Source: Parasitella parasitica NRRL 2501 (lineage: Eukaryota; Fungi; Mucoromycota). Taken from it: a stretch of DNA of 64,000 bases. Positions 13,101 through 28,583 of the stretch are shown here, piece after piece. A program made the position numbers and the translations under genes. The notes below the pieces were generated by a model. The model had not been told where the DNA came from. It searched no databases and saw nothing but the letters and a program-made list of their open reading frames with translations. Within the stretch, counting starts at the first letter, position 1, and each line of letters opens with the position of its first letter. The stretch lies in assembly GCA_025201805.1 (NCBI GenBank), contig MU619334.1, forward strand, positions 60,888 through 124,887. The letters are read 5' to 3'.

Positions 13101-15409
13101 CGCTCTGTATTTGTCACTGTCCACAAACAGCAATCATACAAAAAACGACAAACCTACCATCGCCGTCATCGCCGCCGTCGCCATAATAGATACAACAGAT
13201 ACAATAGGCAGACATTGTTCTTCCATAGTGATGATGACGTTGATGATGATGGCAATGATGATGAGAGTAGCCGCAGCACAATCAGCTATGAAGATTCAGA
13301 AGATGATAATGATCGCCGAATGTTACCGGCTGCTTCTAATGCTACTGCCTCTACTGCCACTGTTTACCCCCGACGACGAAAGGTTGAGTCTGCTGCTGAA
13401 AGAATGGGGGAAACGAGAAGAAAAGGTGAGCATTTTGATCTGGATGACATTCTGCTAGTCTCTCATGCCCCCGAGTACCATGTAGGTTTCGCGAATCGAG
13501 CACTTGTCTTGCTGAATTCCCTAACAAAACACGGTGAGTTGTATGCTGTTACAAGTACTATGGCAATTTTTTATTTACTTTTTTGTTGATTTATTTTTCA
13601 AATGCTTTTACAGCTTCCATCAAACAATATCTGGTCCATCAAGCACATTTTATTCCAATTCTAGTCTACTTGTATGAAGAGTATAATAGCCTGTCCGATC
13701 GAGTCATGGCTTGTTTAGGCGGCTTATTTTCCACTTGCAATAGAGAAAATACTATTGACATTCCGGAATCAGCGTTTCGTTTACTCGCCATACTCTTGTG
13801 GCGTGATAGACGCTCTCCACTCGTCCGAAAGCAATCTTGGCTGTTCTACAGTCGCCTAGTATTGGCTTACTGCAGTCGATCAATAAGCCAGAATCTTTCG
13901 TCAAACAATGCTAGCAGCACTGCTTTTGTAGAGATCGATTTGTCGTCCAAATCAAAGTATTGCCTGGTCAACCAGCTTCAAGTGCGCAATGATTCATGGA
14001 CGTTCGAAACTATAAGGGCTACACACTATGTTCCTGCTCGATTGGAAGACACAGACACCAGCAATAACAAATATGCTTTCGAAGTCGTATTGGAATCTAG
14101 TGGGCTGATGCAAGTTGGTTGGGTTACTGATCATTTTGAATTTGATGCTGAAGGTGGCCAAGGCGTAGGTGATGACGCATTTTCTTATGGCTATGATGGC
14201 AACCGATCCAAGAAATGGCATGGTCGCTACACAAGCATGAGGACTTCATATGGATTGAAATGGGCTGAAGGAGATGTCATTACTTGTGCTATCGATATGG
14301 ATAATGCCGAAATCAGGTACTACAAGAATGGAAAGGATATGGGCGTGGCATTTTGTGGTATTCTTGTGTCTCGCAATTGGTATCCAGTAAGTCGATCTGT
14401 CACAATCACTAGGTATTTTTGTTGTGCTGACTACTCGGTTACAAAAATAGGCTATGTCTCTTGCCACTGGGCAACAGTGCAGGTTCCAATTCGGTGGTAC
14501 AGTCGACCCGTTAAAGTATTTGCCTGATGGTTATACTTCGTTGGCCTCTTTAGCACAAAACACTCCTGCCGGTATTGAACTGCCGCCTCCCCAAGTAACT
14601 ACAGCCCAGTCGCCTTCACTAGTGATTAGTCCCACCACAGCCGAAGAGCCTGAGATTATCGATTTGTCTAAAGCACTTGCACAAATGTCTGTCGACTCTA
14701 CAGTAAATTTATCCATGTCGCACCAGAAGAACAGCAAATTTAACGCTTCTCCATCTGCTTCTGTGGATGTCGGAAACACTGAACCCGACCTGAAGCCAAT
14801 CGATTCAACTGTAGCAAGAGAAAATCACGCTCTAAAAACCAATGTCAGTATATCCAACACACGTCAGTATCAGGCTTCTTTGATAGTAGAGAAAATAGAT
14901 GTTTATCATAAACCGCTTCCATCTCTTTATTTCGAGACAACTGCGACATTCTATCATAGACAACATATACCCAATGAAAGGTAAAATAGTAGAAAACATG
15001 AGAAAGCAAGCAATGACGGATTATATTTGATAGTATCATCGCATTTGGCTTGCAGAGCTTGAATCCAGAAAGCAGCTTTCACTTTGAATACAACCGACGA
15101 AACGAATCATGCTGTTTGATATTTGGCAAACGTTTTCGCTCTAAATCATTCCAACTGCCCATTAAGGAAGGTGATATCATCGGTATTTTGTACATTGATG
15201 AGAGTAATGAAGTTGGTTTGACCATCAATGGCAATATCAGTGTGTTTGTCTACCTTGATGATAAATCAACCCCGTATCTGCCATTTACTAGTGGATTTGT
15301 AAAGAGCGACATCAACTACGGCGAACGCTCTTATACTTGGAAATATGCTGAAACTTTGGCTTGCAGAAATCGCATGTCAAAGTATTTTGACAAGTTGTTG
15401 AGAAACTGA
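10147..15409 (+). CDS. N-terminal TM + armadillo repeats + RSPRY1-type SPRY domain protein (multi-exon)
   Basis: TM segment VICFVTGIAAVLMGYSVY, several ARM-like helical repeats and an acidic linker. SPRY: VRNDSWTFETIRAT...FEVVLESSGLMQVGW...GQGVGDDAFSYGYDG...GDVITCAID. A second degenerate SPRY-like segment sits at the C-terminus. Confidence 0.8.
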
Positions 15410-15805
15410 GACCCTCCTCGTGTATATATATAAAAATAATTGAACGTACTACTTTTAAATTATGTTGCATGTATTGCAAACACTACACTGTACATCAATA
15501 AAAGGAATGATATTAATCAACGTCTTCGCTGCAAGCCCGGGCAATGAGCGTGATGAGGAAAAACAATGCTTCGTATTCAATACATGCTCGTCACTTTCGA
15601 CAGTATGTATTATATTACTAAATTTATCTTTTTATACAATCTTGAGCAATGAAATAGTTGGTGGTTTGAGTCTCACGAAAGGCTACTTAGGATGTATTAA
15701 ATTAAGAGATTCCCCTTTGAACTCCGTGTTAACCTGTATTAAGCAACGAAAAAAAAAAAAATTCCCTTCATTTTGCCCTTCTTTTCAATAGTTGGAGATA
15801 TACAA

Positions 15806-16735
15806 ATGTCTGGCAAAACACCCAATGACATATTGCAGAAAACAGACTCCCGTCATGCAAAAAGCCGGATATCAAAGAAAAATACTCAGCCAACAAGAAC
15901 ATCTACACGTTTGAGAGATGTTTTTGTCAACAGTGCCCAACGTGAGGAATTGATGACTGCATGTTCAAAGGGAGATCTATCCAGAGGTAAATACTTGGAA
16001 ATATACTATATGCATTTGGAACAACGCATATAATATATACTGATTGGTCCATCTTGTACATTCAGTCTCGTATTTATTACAAGAAAAGAAAGCAGGCATC
16101 AATCCAGATCTAATCAGAGATTCAAAATTGCGTACGCCATTGCTAATTGCTTGCGCTGGAGGTCATGCAGGCGTCGTGAGACAGCTGGTAAGGTTTGGAG
16201 CAAATGTAAATAATCCCATGGGAGATATAGTGGGTAATAAACCGCTCGATTTGGCAGTGATATCGAATGATGTAGATACCGTATTGGCTGTATTGGAAGC
16301 CGGAGCAGAAGTATCCAAGTACGATCATCATCACCATAACATCGCTGATGATGGATTGCCTTTAGAAGCTCGCCGTAGGGTAGCAACAAGGACACCCTTA
16401 GACCTTGCCAACTCCAGGCTAGAATTGCTTATCAAGCAATCCGAATCAAACGGATCAATTAAATCCACTACAATGGACCAAGTCAAGCAGGTAAAAAATG
16501 CATCTTACTGTGTGGATCCGTATATATATTTTTTATTTGTTTGTCCCATTGATAGATCATCAAGCTGCTAACTCACTTTTTACCACCAACGACAGTGGAC
16601 GAACTAAACGAACTGACGGATAAGTTATCATCTATTGACATAACAAGCAACAGTCATTGTGAGTCGCAGAAAGACAATGAAAACATTTTTGTCATGAAAA
16701 GCCTACGAGATGTCATTTCCAAAATACAAATCTAA
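15806..16735 (+). CDS. Ankyrin repeat protein (3 exons)
   Basis: RTPLLIACAGGHAGVVRQLVRFGANVN, GNKPLDLAVISNDVDTVLAVLEAGAEV and RTPLDLA. Confidence 0.85.
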
Positions 16736-16738
16736 GTC

Positions 16739-17652
16739 TCACAATACGGCATCATGGATAGACATTTTCCCCTTTGTTTTGAAATGTCCATCAAACTCGG
16801 AATAATCTTTTTGCGTAATGAATAAAAACGTATCGGTACCAGACCATAAGCACAGCTCAAATTCAACATCCTGATCGCACAATTGCTTGAGAATATCAAC
16901 CGCTTCCTGTGTCCACACGTAACTGATTAGATTCGACAATCATACAGACAACATAGCACGTAAATGGTGTGTATACCTCTTGAGATAATCCCATTATTCT
17001 CGCCAATTCCCTGACATCGCACAGCTTTTTTTCCTTCACCAGTTTCTTTAGCTTTTCACTGTATTTACTGAATTGAGATTGTCGCTTTTTCGCATCTTTT
17101 TCCTGCAATTTTTGCAGCTTTAATTCCTCTTTTGCGTCTGCTTTAGCTTTCCTTTCCTTTTCCTTTTTGCGCCTTTCCATCTCATCGGTTCTTTTGATAG
17201 ATTCTTCCATCTTTTTCCGTCTAAATTCTTCGTCGTATATTTCTTCTTGCGCCCTCCTTAGATCTCTTTGGTGGTCCATGTACTCTCTATATCGTCTCAT
17301 TTCTTCTTTTCGCCTCAACTTTTCTCCTCGTTTTTTCCCAACTTTCTTGACGCGAACTGCTGTTGAGGATCCTTCACCGTGATCGTCGTCCGATTCGTCC
17401 TCTTGCTCATCTTCTTGCATGGCCTGCTGCTCAAATGTTTGTTGGTGGGTATCGTTGAGTGCTATTTAAAATCAGTTATGAAAAGGCTTGCTTTGCGAAT
17501 TAAAAAAAAAAAAACAGCATTTTGCTACCGTATTGGGGGTTTCTCTGTCTCTGTCGAATGTCTAGCAACGCTAGAATGCCTATAACGCATAGTATAATAG
17601 GTATAAATACAACCAGAGGTATTCCTTGGTCTTCTTTATTCGGTGAAGCCAT
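16739..17652 (-). CDS. DDRGK1/UFBP1-like protein (N-terminal TM, charged helix, PCI/winged helix; 3 exons)
   Basis: TM segment IPLVVFIPIILCVIGILALL and KKVGKKRGEKLRRKEEMRRYRE. C-terminal KEKKLCDVRELARIMGLSQEEAVDILKQL...FLFITQKDYSEFDGHFKTKGKMSI parallels the DDRGK1 winged helix. Confidence 0.7.
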
Positions 17653-18413
17653 ACTTTTCTGGCTTGTGTTTGATTTTGAAAAGGCTAAAAAAATCAATGG
17701 AAAGTCGAAATCATCCAACAATTACAACACCCAACCAATGTCTGTGATTGGCCATGTTCACTTTTTTTTTCATGTTCATAAAAAAGACGTATAAACACAC
17801 ACTCTGTGATTTTCTCCGGTTGTCCCCCAGAAAATTGGTATACAGCTTTCTTATTTGGGATGTGGAGGCTGGTATGGTTAGCAAATGCACAACCATTCAA
17901 ATAACTACTATGTGTATTATGTCATGTATGTTCAAGTGATGTATATGTCAGCCTTCCAAATTCATACTAATATAATGATCAATGACGATTTTGAAAGAAC
18001 GGGATTACTGCAAATGAAGTAAATTGGGTGTTTGATAGACAAGTTCAATTTACACTTGATGCTATACGCTTCATTTGCATTTGTGATAGATTTGAGGGGG
18101 GTAAAAAAGCCTCTAGTTAAAAGGCACGTATATAATGCTGTTAGGTAGCGACTCTGTTAAGCATAATTGCGATTAAGCATTTAATGCATTTAGGCATCAT
18201 ATAAATAATGGGGCAACAATGCGTGGGTGAATAATAGCAAAAGATCGATGGTACAAGACGCAGCGATTTCCTTTTAAAGATGAGATCAAATCGTCATTAC
18301 CGGTGTGGATGGATTATTAACTTCTCATGCTCCTTGTATTTCCTTGCTTTTTTCTTTTGTTTTTGTTTTTCTCGGCCGTTATATTTTGCTCTTTCTTTCT
18401 TGTCCATAATAAA

Positions 18414-20202
18414 ATGATGGTAAATGCGTTTCATAGCAACACATTAGCTTTTACACCCGAGTGTTCTGGTGCGCCAACCCCTCGAAGACTATCTCAGACA
18501 ATCACAGACATTGTAACCGGGTCAAGTCTCTACACGACTCGCAGTAGATCAGGATCTAGCGCAAGATCTCCATCGCCTGTGCATGAAGAAGCACAACTAG
18601 CAACGAAGCTTAGCATTCAATTTGAAGGCGGAACACAAATAATTGTTAGGCCAAATCGCCTTATTAGAGGTATGTATAACAAAGGAGGGGGGGGGGGAGC
18701 CAAGGAGGTATACAGACGTGCGTATTAATATGATCCAGGCACTGTCTATCTTAAAAGTTCAACACAGGTCCAAGCAAGTCAGATTAGAGTCAGAGTATGG
18801 TTTATTGGATCTAGGGCGTGATATTTGCAGGCGCATTAATCCCATATTGTTTAGTTTCGTGCAGAGGAAACCGCTACGGTCAAAGTAAAGGAACATGGCC
18901 TGGAAAGCAAAATCGAACGCATTGATCAGTCTACAACCACCTACTTTGACGTGAGCACAAAGGTGTGGGGAATCGAGACCAGTGGTAAGTGCGCTACTAT
19001 GTCTTATGAAAACTTTTTCCCAGATTACTCAATTTTTTTATTTTTTATTTTAAAGCATATTTGATGAGCCCGTGGGAGGTAATTGAGCCGGGAGAACACG
19101 AATACCCATTCGCATTAAAGGTGAGAAACGACATTATATACACATATACCCGTACGCTCAGTCATGTGACGCCATTTTGCACAGTTTCCCAACGTCAATT
19201 TTCCCCCTTCGACAGACGATCCTGCTGGGTTTTCCATACGATACATCTGGTCTGCACATTTGGATGCTCCTGCATTTAATCCAGGTATTCGTTCCAAAGA
19301 ATACATTATACCATATAGACCCATCGTGTGCGCTCCTCCTACAAAGGAATGGACATTCACTCAGACAACGTATCATTTGGACAAGAGAACCCCGCTTGCC
19401 AATGTAAAAGCCATGCTACCCCGACGTGCATTTTGTCCAGGTACTGTTGTAGTGTTAGTATGTGTTGTTATTCGTGTCTCGGCTTACAAACGATTGTGCA
19501 GATGAAGACGTTGATATGGACTTGTGTCTGGATAGCATTCCAAACGATCTGGTTGTATCCAGCGTGAATTTTACGCTGAATAAATGCTACACTGGCCAAC
19601 TTCAGCTACAAAGAGGTCTTGCTCGCAAGTCTAAGATCAGGAGGATCCTTAGCGGCTGTGTGCCTGTGGCAGGCCATAAAGGAACCCTCCGTCTGCCCAT
19701 CAATTTCCATTTACCCACAAGGCTAGTGTCACCCTCATTTTGCTCCCGTCATATCCGGGTGTACTATGAAATGGTGTTCACCATCCAGTTCACCAACCAC
19801 GGAGGCCTTCTCAAGTCAACGCCAAGTACCGAATTCACTGTACCCATTGGTATCACTAATTTGCCGCATAATCATCTCTTGAATATCCCACATTTGACCT
19901 CTGTACAGTCTTACCTAGAGTCCAAGGCAGCACCCGTCTTTTTCGACCCATTTTTGGAAGAGCCCCCTTCCCAATCTAGTATTCCAAGTGAATTGTGGGG
20001 CCCGTTGACAGCCGCATTGACAACACCCCCTATTTCATCGCCACCCAATTACTTTAGTTTACCAGATTTGCCACCACAGTTTATCCCAAGAGACCGAGAA
20101 GAGCGCACGACATTTACAAGTCGACTGGTCAAGCCTGGTATGGCTCAAGAGCTAGGAGATCCGATTGCTATTGTCTCTGAAATCAAAGATTACGAATGGT
20201 AG
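18414..20202 (+). CDS. Alpha-arrestin (arrestin N and C domains, PPxY motif; multi-exon)
   Basis: IEPGEHEYPFALKFPNVNFPPS, LPRRAFCP, LVSPSFCSRHIRVYYEMVF and PPNY near the C-terminus. Confidence 0.85.
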
Positions 20203-20399
20203 ATATATATATGTATATACATATTAAAATACCCATCAGCTTTTTGTAAATATATACAAAGTATTATAAATTGGATAAAATCAGAGGCATTTATATATGA
20301 TCCATAGATTGGGATATTTATTGAGTTACATGTGTGCGTGTGTGTGCCAATTGAGACACACAAAACACAAATGGCTTGGAGTAAAACTGAACATTTAGA

Positions 20400-21179
20400 A
20401 ATCTTTGGATTGTATGCATTGGACGTGGAAGAATCGTCCAACTGCATGGCATGGGGCCTAATGTGGCAAGGAGAAAGTCGCCACCGTAATCCTGGAAGCT
20501 GTTGCTTCTTATGATTTAAGGATCTGGCATGCTTTTTTTTTTTGGCCTTCCAGGTACTCTTAATGACATTAATGTCCTTGATCGTTCTCCTTTGTTTGCA
20601 TCTGCACAGATTGGTTGAGGTCCTTCTACCAGCTTCAGAGTTAATGGTCACCATTACGAGTTTGGATACTATTTGGTAAATGGCATTTATCCAAACTATA
20701 GTACTTTGATTCCTGCTGTTGCTGAGACTTTTACTCAGAAAGAGAAAGTAATTATAACGCACATGTGTACATAATCCAAACTAATACATGCTCAAATATT
20801 ATTTATGTATATCTAGCTGTTCACGGAAGTTCAGGAGAGTTACCGCATAGATGTTGAAAGAGCCTTTGGTATTTTACAAGCTCGCTGGAACATTGTAGCA
20901 GGCCTTGCAAGACAATGGTCTCTTATTGATCTTGATTTCATAATGAAGACTTGCATCATATTGCACAATATGATTGTAGAGGATGAACGGGATGAAGGTG
21001 ATCTTGGTGATGATTACTATGTTGATCCTGGTTCAAAAACTGGAAGGGTACCGCCTACCAAAAGCGATGCGCCCAGAGATTTCGCTTGTAGATACGATCG
21101 TATCAGAAATGCTGGTATTCATAGTCGTCTTCAAAAAGATATTGTTGATCATCTTTGGGAAAATCATGGGAATCAATAG
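20400..21179 (+). pseudogene. Harbinger DDE transposase remnant
   Basis: LDCMHWTWKN.PTAWHG, VILEAVASYDLRIWHAFF, NDINVLDRSPLF, GYYLVNGIYP, DVERAFGILQARW and IMKTCIILHNMIVEDER, with stops, frameshifts and no N-terminus. Confidence 0.9.
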
Positions 21180-21269
21180 GAAAACAGAACTGTGTATAGT
21201 TGTAATAAATTAAATATACATTAACATATATATAACTAACAAGATTTGAACAAAATAAATTATTGATTT

Positions 21270-22190
21270 TTATTGAATGTTATTGTTGTCTTTTTCTTTG
21301 GAATATTTCATCCTCTTGAATTCCAGCATGATTTTGAATTTTTCTTTTTCAAATTCAATGAAATCTTCTATTTGCTTGAATCGTTTTTCTTGATTTTCAA
21401 GCAACAAGAGTTGACGAGATGCCAACTCCTCATACACCTCTTCCAAGCGACGCTTCTGCTTTCCCTAATCTTTGGCCTGCTCGCGTCCTTCAGGATGTTG
21501 GAAAGCATTATCAACGTCTTCGCCGATCTCCTCGGCAGCAGCATTCGACCGACGAGCGGCACGTTGTGAGTAAGCACTCACAGTATCACTCTACTTTGGA
21601 GATCTAGAAAGGATGTTGTAACAGTGCATCAAGTCAAATGACTTTTTGAACTCGTTGGCATAGAGTTCTAATGCTTTGTTTTGCTATTGCAGGGAAAAGA
21701 AATTACTAGCTGCCCCTGTTTATACTGTATAGAATACTTACAACATCCTCTTCATTCTCTCTACTTCTGGAAATTTGGCTACACTGGGCCAAGAACCTGC
21801 AATACTTTGAGACATACTTCGAAACAACTCTCCAGCGAGACTCTAACGAAGTGGTACTTCTTGCAGTACCAAGAATTTGTTCCTGATAATGGTTGAAGAT
21901 ACGCTCCCACCAAGTCCTTCCTTTTTGGGTATTGCCGACAATTGGATCAATAGAAATAAACAACCATGATTTGCATAGTTGTTTATCTTCAGAAGGCAGA
22001 GATTTTTTGCCTCTACCCTTACCAGTTTTCTCTTTTTCTTTGCCTTCTCTGCTAGAAGAGGAGGCAACAATGGGATTTTTGTATCGTCTAAAAAAAGGTG
22101 AGTAAAACATTTTAAAATAACTTTTATTGGTCTACAAAAGAAACTAACATTTTGTCTCATACAGTGTCAAGAAACCGGTTGTAATGACGC
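21270..22190 (-). pseudogene. Harbinger second ORF (Myb/SANT-trihelix DNA-binding), disrupted
   Basis: EDKQLCKSWLFISIDPIVGNTQKGRTWWERI...RSTTSLESRWRVVSKYVSKYC, then FDLMHCYNILSRSPK followed by a stop. Confidence 0.8.
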
Positions 22191-23192
22191 TCGTCTTTCA
22201 CCATTCCAGCGTTCTGAATCAAAAGAATAATTGCAAGCATTGTGTGTCATTGATATTACTCTTTGATACGCCATGGGTATTCGGTTTATCCTATACACCA
22301 TTACAGGTGAATAAAATTGTCCAAAAAAAAAAAAAAAAAAAAAAAAGTATCATCCTCACCAATTTTCTTTTGGAAGTTTTGTAAAATTAGCATCTCCGTT
22401 GGAAAATGCTCTTGGATATTATTGTTAGTATATAAACGTGAAAAACTTTTTCAAGTGATGTTATCAGGGTGATCTATAAAAGGTGTAATAGGGTATGACA
22501 AGTTCTTGGAAATGAACTCTGTGTATAAACGAAATGATTGAATCCAGGTTGATGACAAGTGTTTCCAGATGTTAGAACATGAGCGAGCCAAGTGCAACAA
22601 ATACGACAAGTGCAAAGATGGGGTCTTTTGTGGACACTGGGGTGGTCGAGGATGACTGCCTTGGCAAAAGAGGGTTCACCGACGATCGCCCAAGTATAGT
22701 GCTATTTTGCGAGCGAGAGTTGGTACTGATCGATTGCTGATGTTGCGCCTATGCAAGAGAAATCCTCAGTAAACGGTGTGTCTGATTTCGACATGTTTAT
22801 ATACCTACATTTACGACTGCTAGTATGAATAAAATTGGAGCGAAAAGAGCTGAAAAACGCATTTTGATAGTTTACGAATAAAGAAAGAAGAAATGTAGAA
22901 GAAAAACTACTAGCTTTATTTATTTGTATGATCCACGTAGCTACACTGAGGCTTTTTTTTTTTTATCAATGTGGTACGATCATGACGTTAAGATGCCCTT
23001 CTTTGTTTGCGCCGTTGTAATTTTAGTTGGATTTTAACCTTCCCATCTCTTTCTTCGTCGCTTCCCTTTTTCCTGTGCTAAACGCATTTCGCCACCCTTA
23101 AAATCAGTGAGATACAGCATATTCAAGGGTAACTAGCATAAACTATAAAATCCTCAAACCTAACTTGACTCACGGTCGCCAGAGCAACAAAA

Positions 23193-25005
<1,813 letters not shown>

Positions 25006-25147
25006 TGGGTACTTTAAATTATAATTATTCCTATTTCTTGTTAGTTTATAAAAAGAGTGTTTTATTTTATCTATATATTGATTATACATATGATATGGGA
25101 GAAAAAATTAATAATTTAATGGTACAAGCAATTAAAAGATTTATAAA

Positions 25148-27137
25148 TTATGCAGATAGTTCTGTCTTTCCAGGGCCACCGTGATCTTGGTTGATCTTGT
25201 TTTGAACCTCGTTCATGATCTGAGCATCACGAATTGCAGACTGGCCACCAAAAACTTGATCCATATCTTCTAGTGAGCGTCCCTTTGTTTCTGTTGCATG
25301 ATACATGTATGAATAAATCTAATGGCACAATAAATAAAGAGTAAAAATCTACATACCTGGAACAAAGATCCAAACAAAGAAAAACGACAAGACCAAGAAG
25401 CAGGCAAAAAAGATGTAGGTGCCATATGTGATTTTCTCCAACATGGTAGGCACGATGAGGCCGATAATAAAGTTACACATCCAATTGGCAGAAGTCGTAA
25501 CAGACATGGCTTTGGCTCTGCTTCTCAAGGGGAAAATCTCAGCAGGAATGACCCAACAGATGGGACCCCACGCGTAGGCAAAGTTTGCAATAAAAATGTA
25601 TATAAATGCAACACTGACCCAGCCCTCGCGCTCGTGGCTAGGCCAGTCGTGTTGGAAGAGCGCAGTGATGATGGCAACAACAATCATACAGATAGCCATC
25701 ACAACAGACGCTACCATCAGGGCAGATTTACGGCCAACAATATCGAGCAAAAAGACAGTAGGAATCGTAAAGACAAAGTTGATGATGCCTACAACACCAG
25801 TAGCCAAGAGCGACACCGACTCACCAGTTAAACCGACAGATTGAAAGATTTTGGGCGCATAGTAGATCAATGCGTTCATACCTGTAAACTGCTGAAAGAA
25901 CATAAGAGCGCATCCGATAGAGAGACGATTGAAGATCCCTTTGCGAAACAAATCACGGTAACCCATCAGCCCAATCATGTTGGTTCTGCCTTGTTCAACA
26001 TATTCAGGATACATTTGGCGTTCGACTTGACGGTCGAATTCAACAGAGGTCTTGATGTCCCTCCACTCTTCCAAGACAAGAGGATGGTCTTGAGGAAGAC
26101 GACGTATTTTAGACAGCACTCCAAGGGCCTCATCGTCTCTACCTTTGCCCATGAGCCAGCGGGGAGAAAAAGGGAAAAAGAGAATGCCAAACCCGAGTAT
26201 AAGGGCAAATACAATCTGGATACACAGGGGAATACGCCATGAAGCCTGACCTTGGACATTGGTAAAACCAAAATCAATCCAGAACGATATCAATATGCCA
26301 AAGGTGATACTGAGTTGTTGCAAGGATAGCAAACCTATTTTTGACGTATATACATGCATCAGTAGATAGTATCAACTATTACAGCGTGGATTGTATGTAG
26401 CTTACCTCCACGTAATTCAGGGGGAGCAATCTCAGATTGGTAAAGAGGCCTATGTTTACAACAAATGTCAGTCAATGTCTAGATCACCGTATATATTCTT
26501 TCCCCTGTATATAAATATATATATATGTGTGTATGCACAGAATACTTACACTAACAAACTAAGAGCACCAACAGCCATACCAGTGACAAACCGACTGCCC
26601 AAGAGCATTTCAATATTTTGCGCTCCACCTTGCAAAGCACTGCCCAGCAGAAAGACGACAGTAGACAAGACGATCGAGTATTTGCGGCCAATTCTATCAG
26701 CAAAATAACCGATAATCCAACTACCTGCCCAGGCCCCCAATTCCAATATCGATACCATAAAACCAACCTGCGTCGAGTTCATTGGAAACTTGTTTACAAA
26801 GTCAGGCATCTCTTGCACTCCAGAAATGACGCCTTGATCGTCTGTATATGGTGGTATTGTTAATATTATACAAGTTTGCAACAGTCTTGTCCAACTTACA
26901 TCCAAAGAGGATACCACCAATCGAAGCGAAAATGCAAGTAAGAAATACGTAGGGGTTTTTGACAAATCCGGCAGCACCAGCCTTGCCTGGACGACCTTCA
27001 GGAAAATCATCCATCTCGTTGTGGCAACTCGAGCCAGATGTGTCGACTTCCTTATTGTTATGATTATCGTTTGTAACAGCTTGATCTGTCACTACTTCTT
27101 GATAATTGTCAACTTTTTCAGAGTTTTGATTACTCAT
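25148..27137 (-). CDS. MFS sugar porter family transporter (multi-exon)
   Basis: GGILFG(Y)DQGVISG, ADRIGRK, YQSEIAPPELRG, PFSPRWL, FFQQFTGMNALIYYAP, WGPICWVIPAEIFPLRSRAK and PETKGRSLEDM. Confidence 0.95.
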
Positions 27138-28583
27138 TGTTTTTTGAAATATTGATGTGATGTAGCCAAGGGGGAGAAGAACATGAAAAAGTAGAAAAAA
27201 AAAAAGAAGATCTAAATCATCAACGAACTCAAATGTTGTTTATATATATACACCATGCAACCATAATATAGTGTATAGTTTAGTACCAAAGTTGAGCTGC
27301 AATCAGGATCCCCTTGATTTTCTAATGGTTGCTGACAATTGGTTTCAAGTATGGCTTGCAGGAGTCTTTTGCATACAAAAATATCCTTATGATATTTTGC
27401 TCTCTTCTCAAGCATTATAAGACAACCGTATAATGTATTACTCTCAAGAGTATACACATGCGGTAATGATAGATGAATAATATCATGACATGACGCAACT
27501 GTTTTCGTTTTGTGCGTTGGTAAATTAAGTAAACCGCACAAACTAACGTCATACAGCTGATACAGCAAGCACAGTTGCAATCCTGGAGTAGCTGGATTCC
27601 TCATAAAGTATTATCAGTCAACGGCAGGGAAGAAGAACATCTTGTATCAATACCATATAAACCTACATGCGATAGTGAAGGAGTTGATGTTGGGCTTTAT
27701 TTATTGTTTGTGCAGCAACAGCACTAGTACCTGTGGGTACCCTAGAGGTTAGTGTGACAAACTGTGGGATATCAAACTTGAACATCCTCACCAGTACCAT
27801 ATAAGCTACCTACTAGTATGAAAACCACTAATTTTTAATGATTACGACAGCTTACTAAATTGTCTGAATTTACGATTTCAAAGGCTTTGGGCAAAGCGAA
27901 ATTTTATGGCGATGAGACCCTTTCCCCTCGTCATACATAAGAGCCAACATATTCTCAAAGCTCAATATGCCTGTAGCCACTGTGGCAGCAACTACCAAGA
28001 CACCCATCCAAGTTTCACAAAAAGCAACAAGTCCACAAACTTTTATGATCTTAGGAATCAATGATATATCTGTTTAGTCTCGAATGCATAGATCAGTATA
28101 TCAGCATTACCGCTGTAGTAGGTCTGAATCGTCTCAATCCAAAATTTTCAATGTTCAAATAAATTGTCTTTTGGCTTCCACCACATCAAAGCCACTCTAG
28201 TCTATGTTCAGCAGTGATAATATACGAGAATCCATCAGCATGAACCCAAAGAAAGATATATTGCGAATTCGATGGCTGATGATTATGATCTCAGCAGTTG
28301 TTTATGACGTTTGGGTAGCATAGTCCTCATTTCACTGAACACTGAATATGCTTGTTACAATTTTTGCTGATATATAAAAAACCGACAAGAATGTGTGCTT
28401 GGGTGGTGCAGCAGCAGTGCTCACCCATGAGTCATCCTCGGACAAGATATCAAATTCGGGGGTCCCAAACATCTAATATCTACATTTTCTCTGTCAGATT
28501 GCAAGTCTCAATTTTGGGGCTATTTAAAGGCTGAAAAAGTGTCGAGCGTTTGTTCGTGTTGGTTTTTCCGTTCTCAAAACATA

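Larger units (their letters stand above)
20400..22412. mobile_element. Degenerate PIF/Harbinger DNA transposon, left end missing
   Basis: Convergent transposase and Myb/SANT-like genes. Candidate right TIR TTGGAAAATGCTCT at 22399-22412, with AGCATCTCC at 22389. Confidence 0.85.

Noticed and set aside
20190-20762. 190-aa minus-strand ORF
   Set aside because: Antisense to the Harbinger transposase remnant and the arrestin 3' UTR, with no protein-like features.
27700-28350. Coding-like intergenic stretch between the MFS gene and ADE12
   Set aside because: Short interrupted frames with no identifiable homology.
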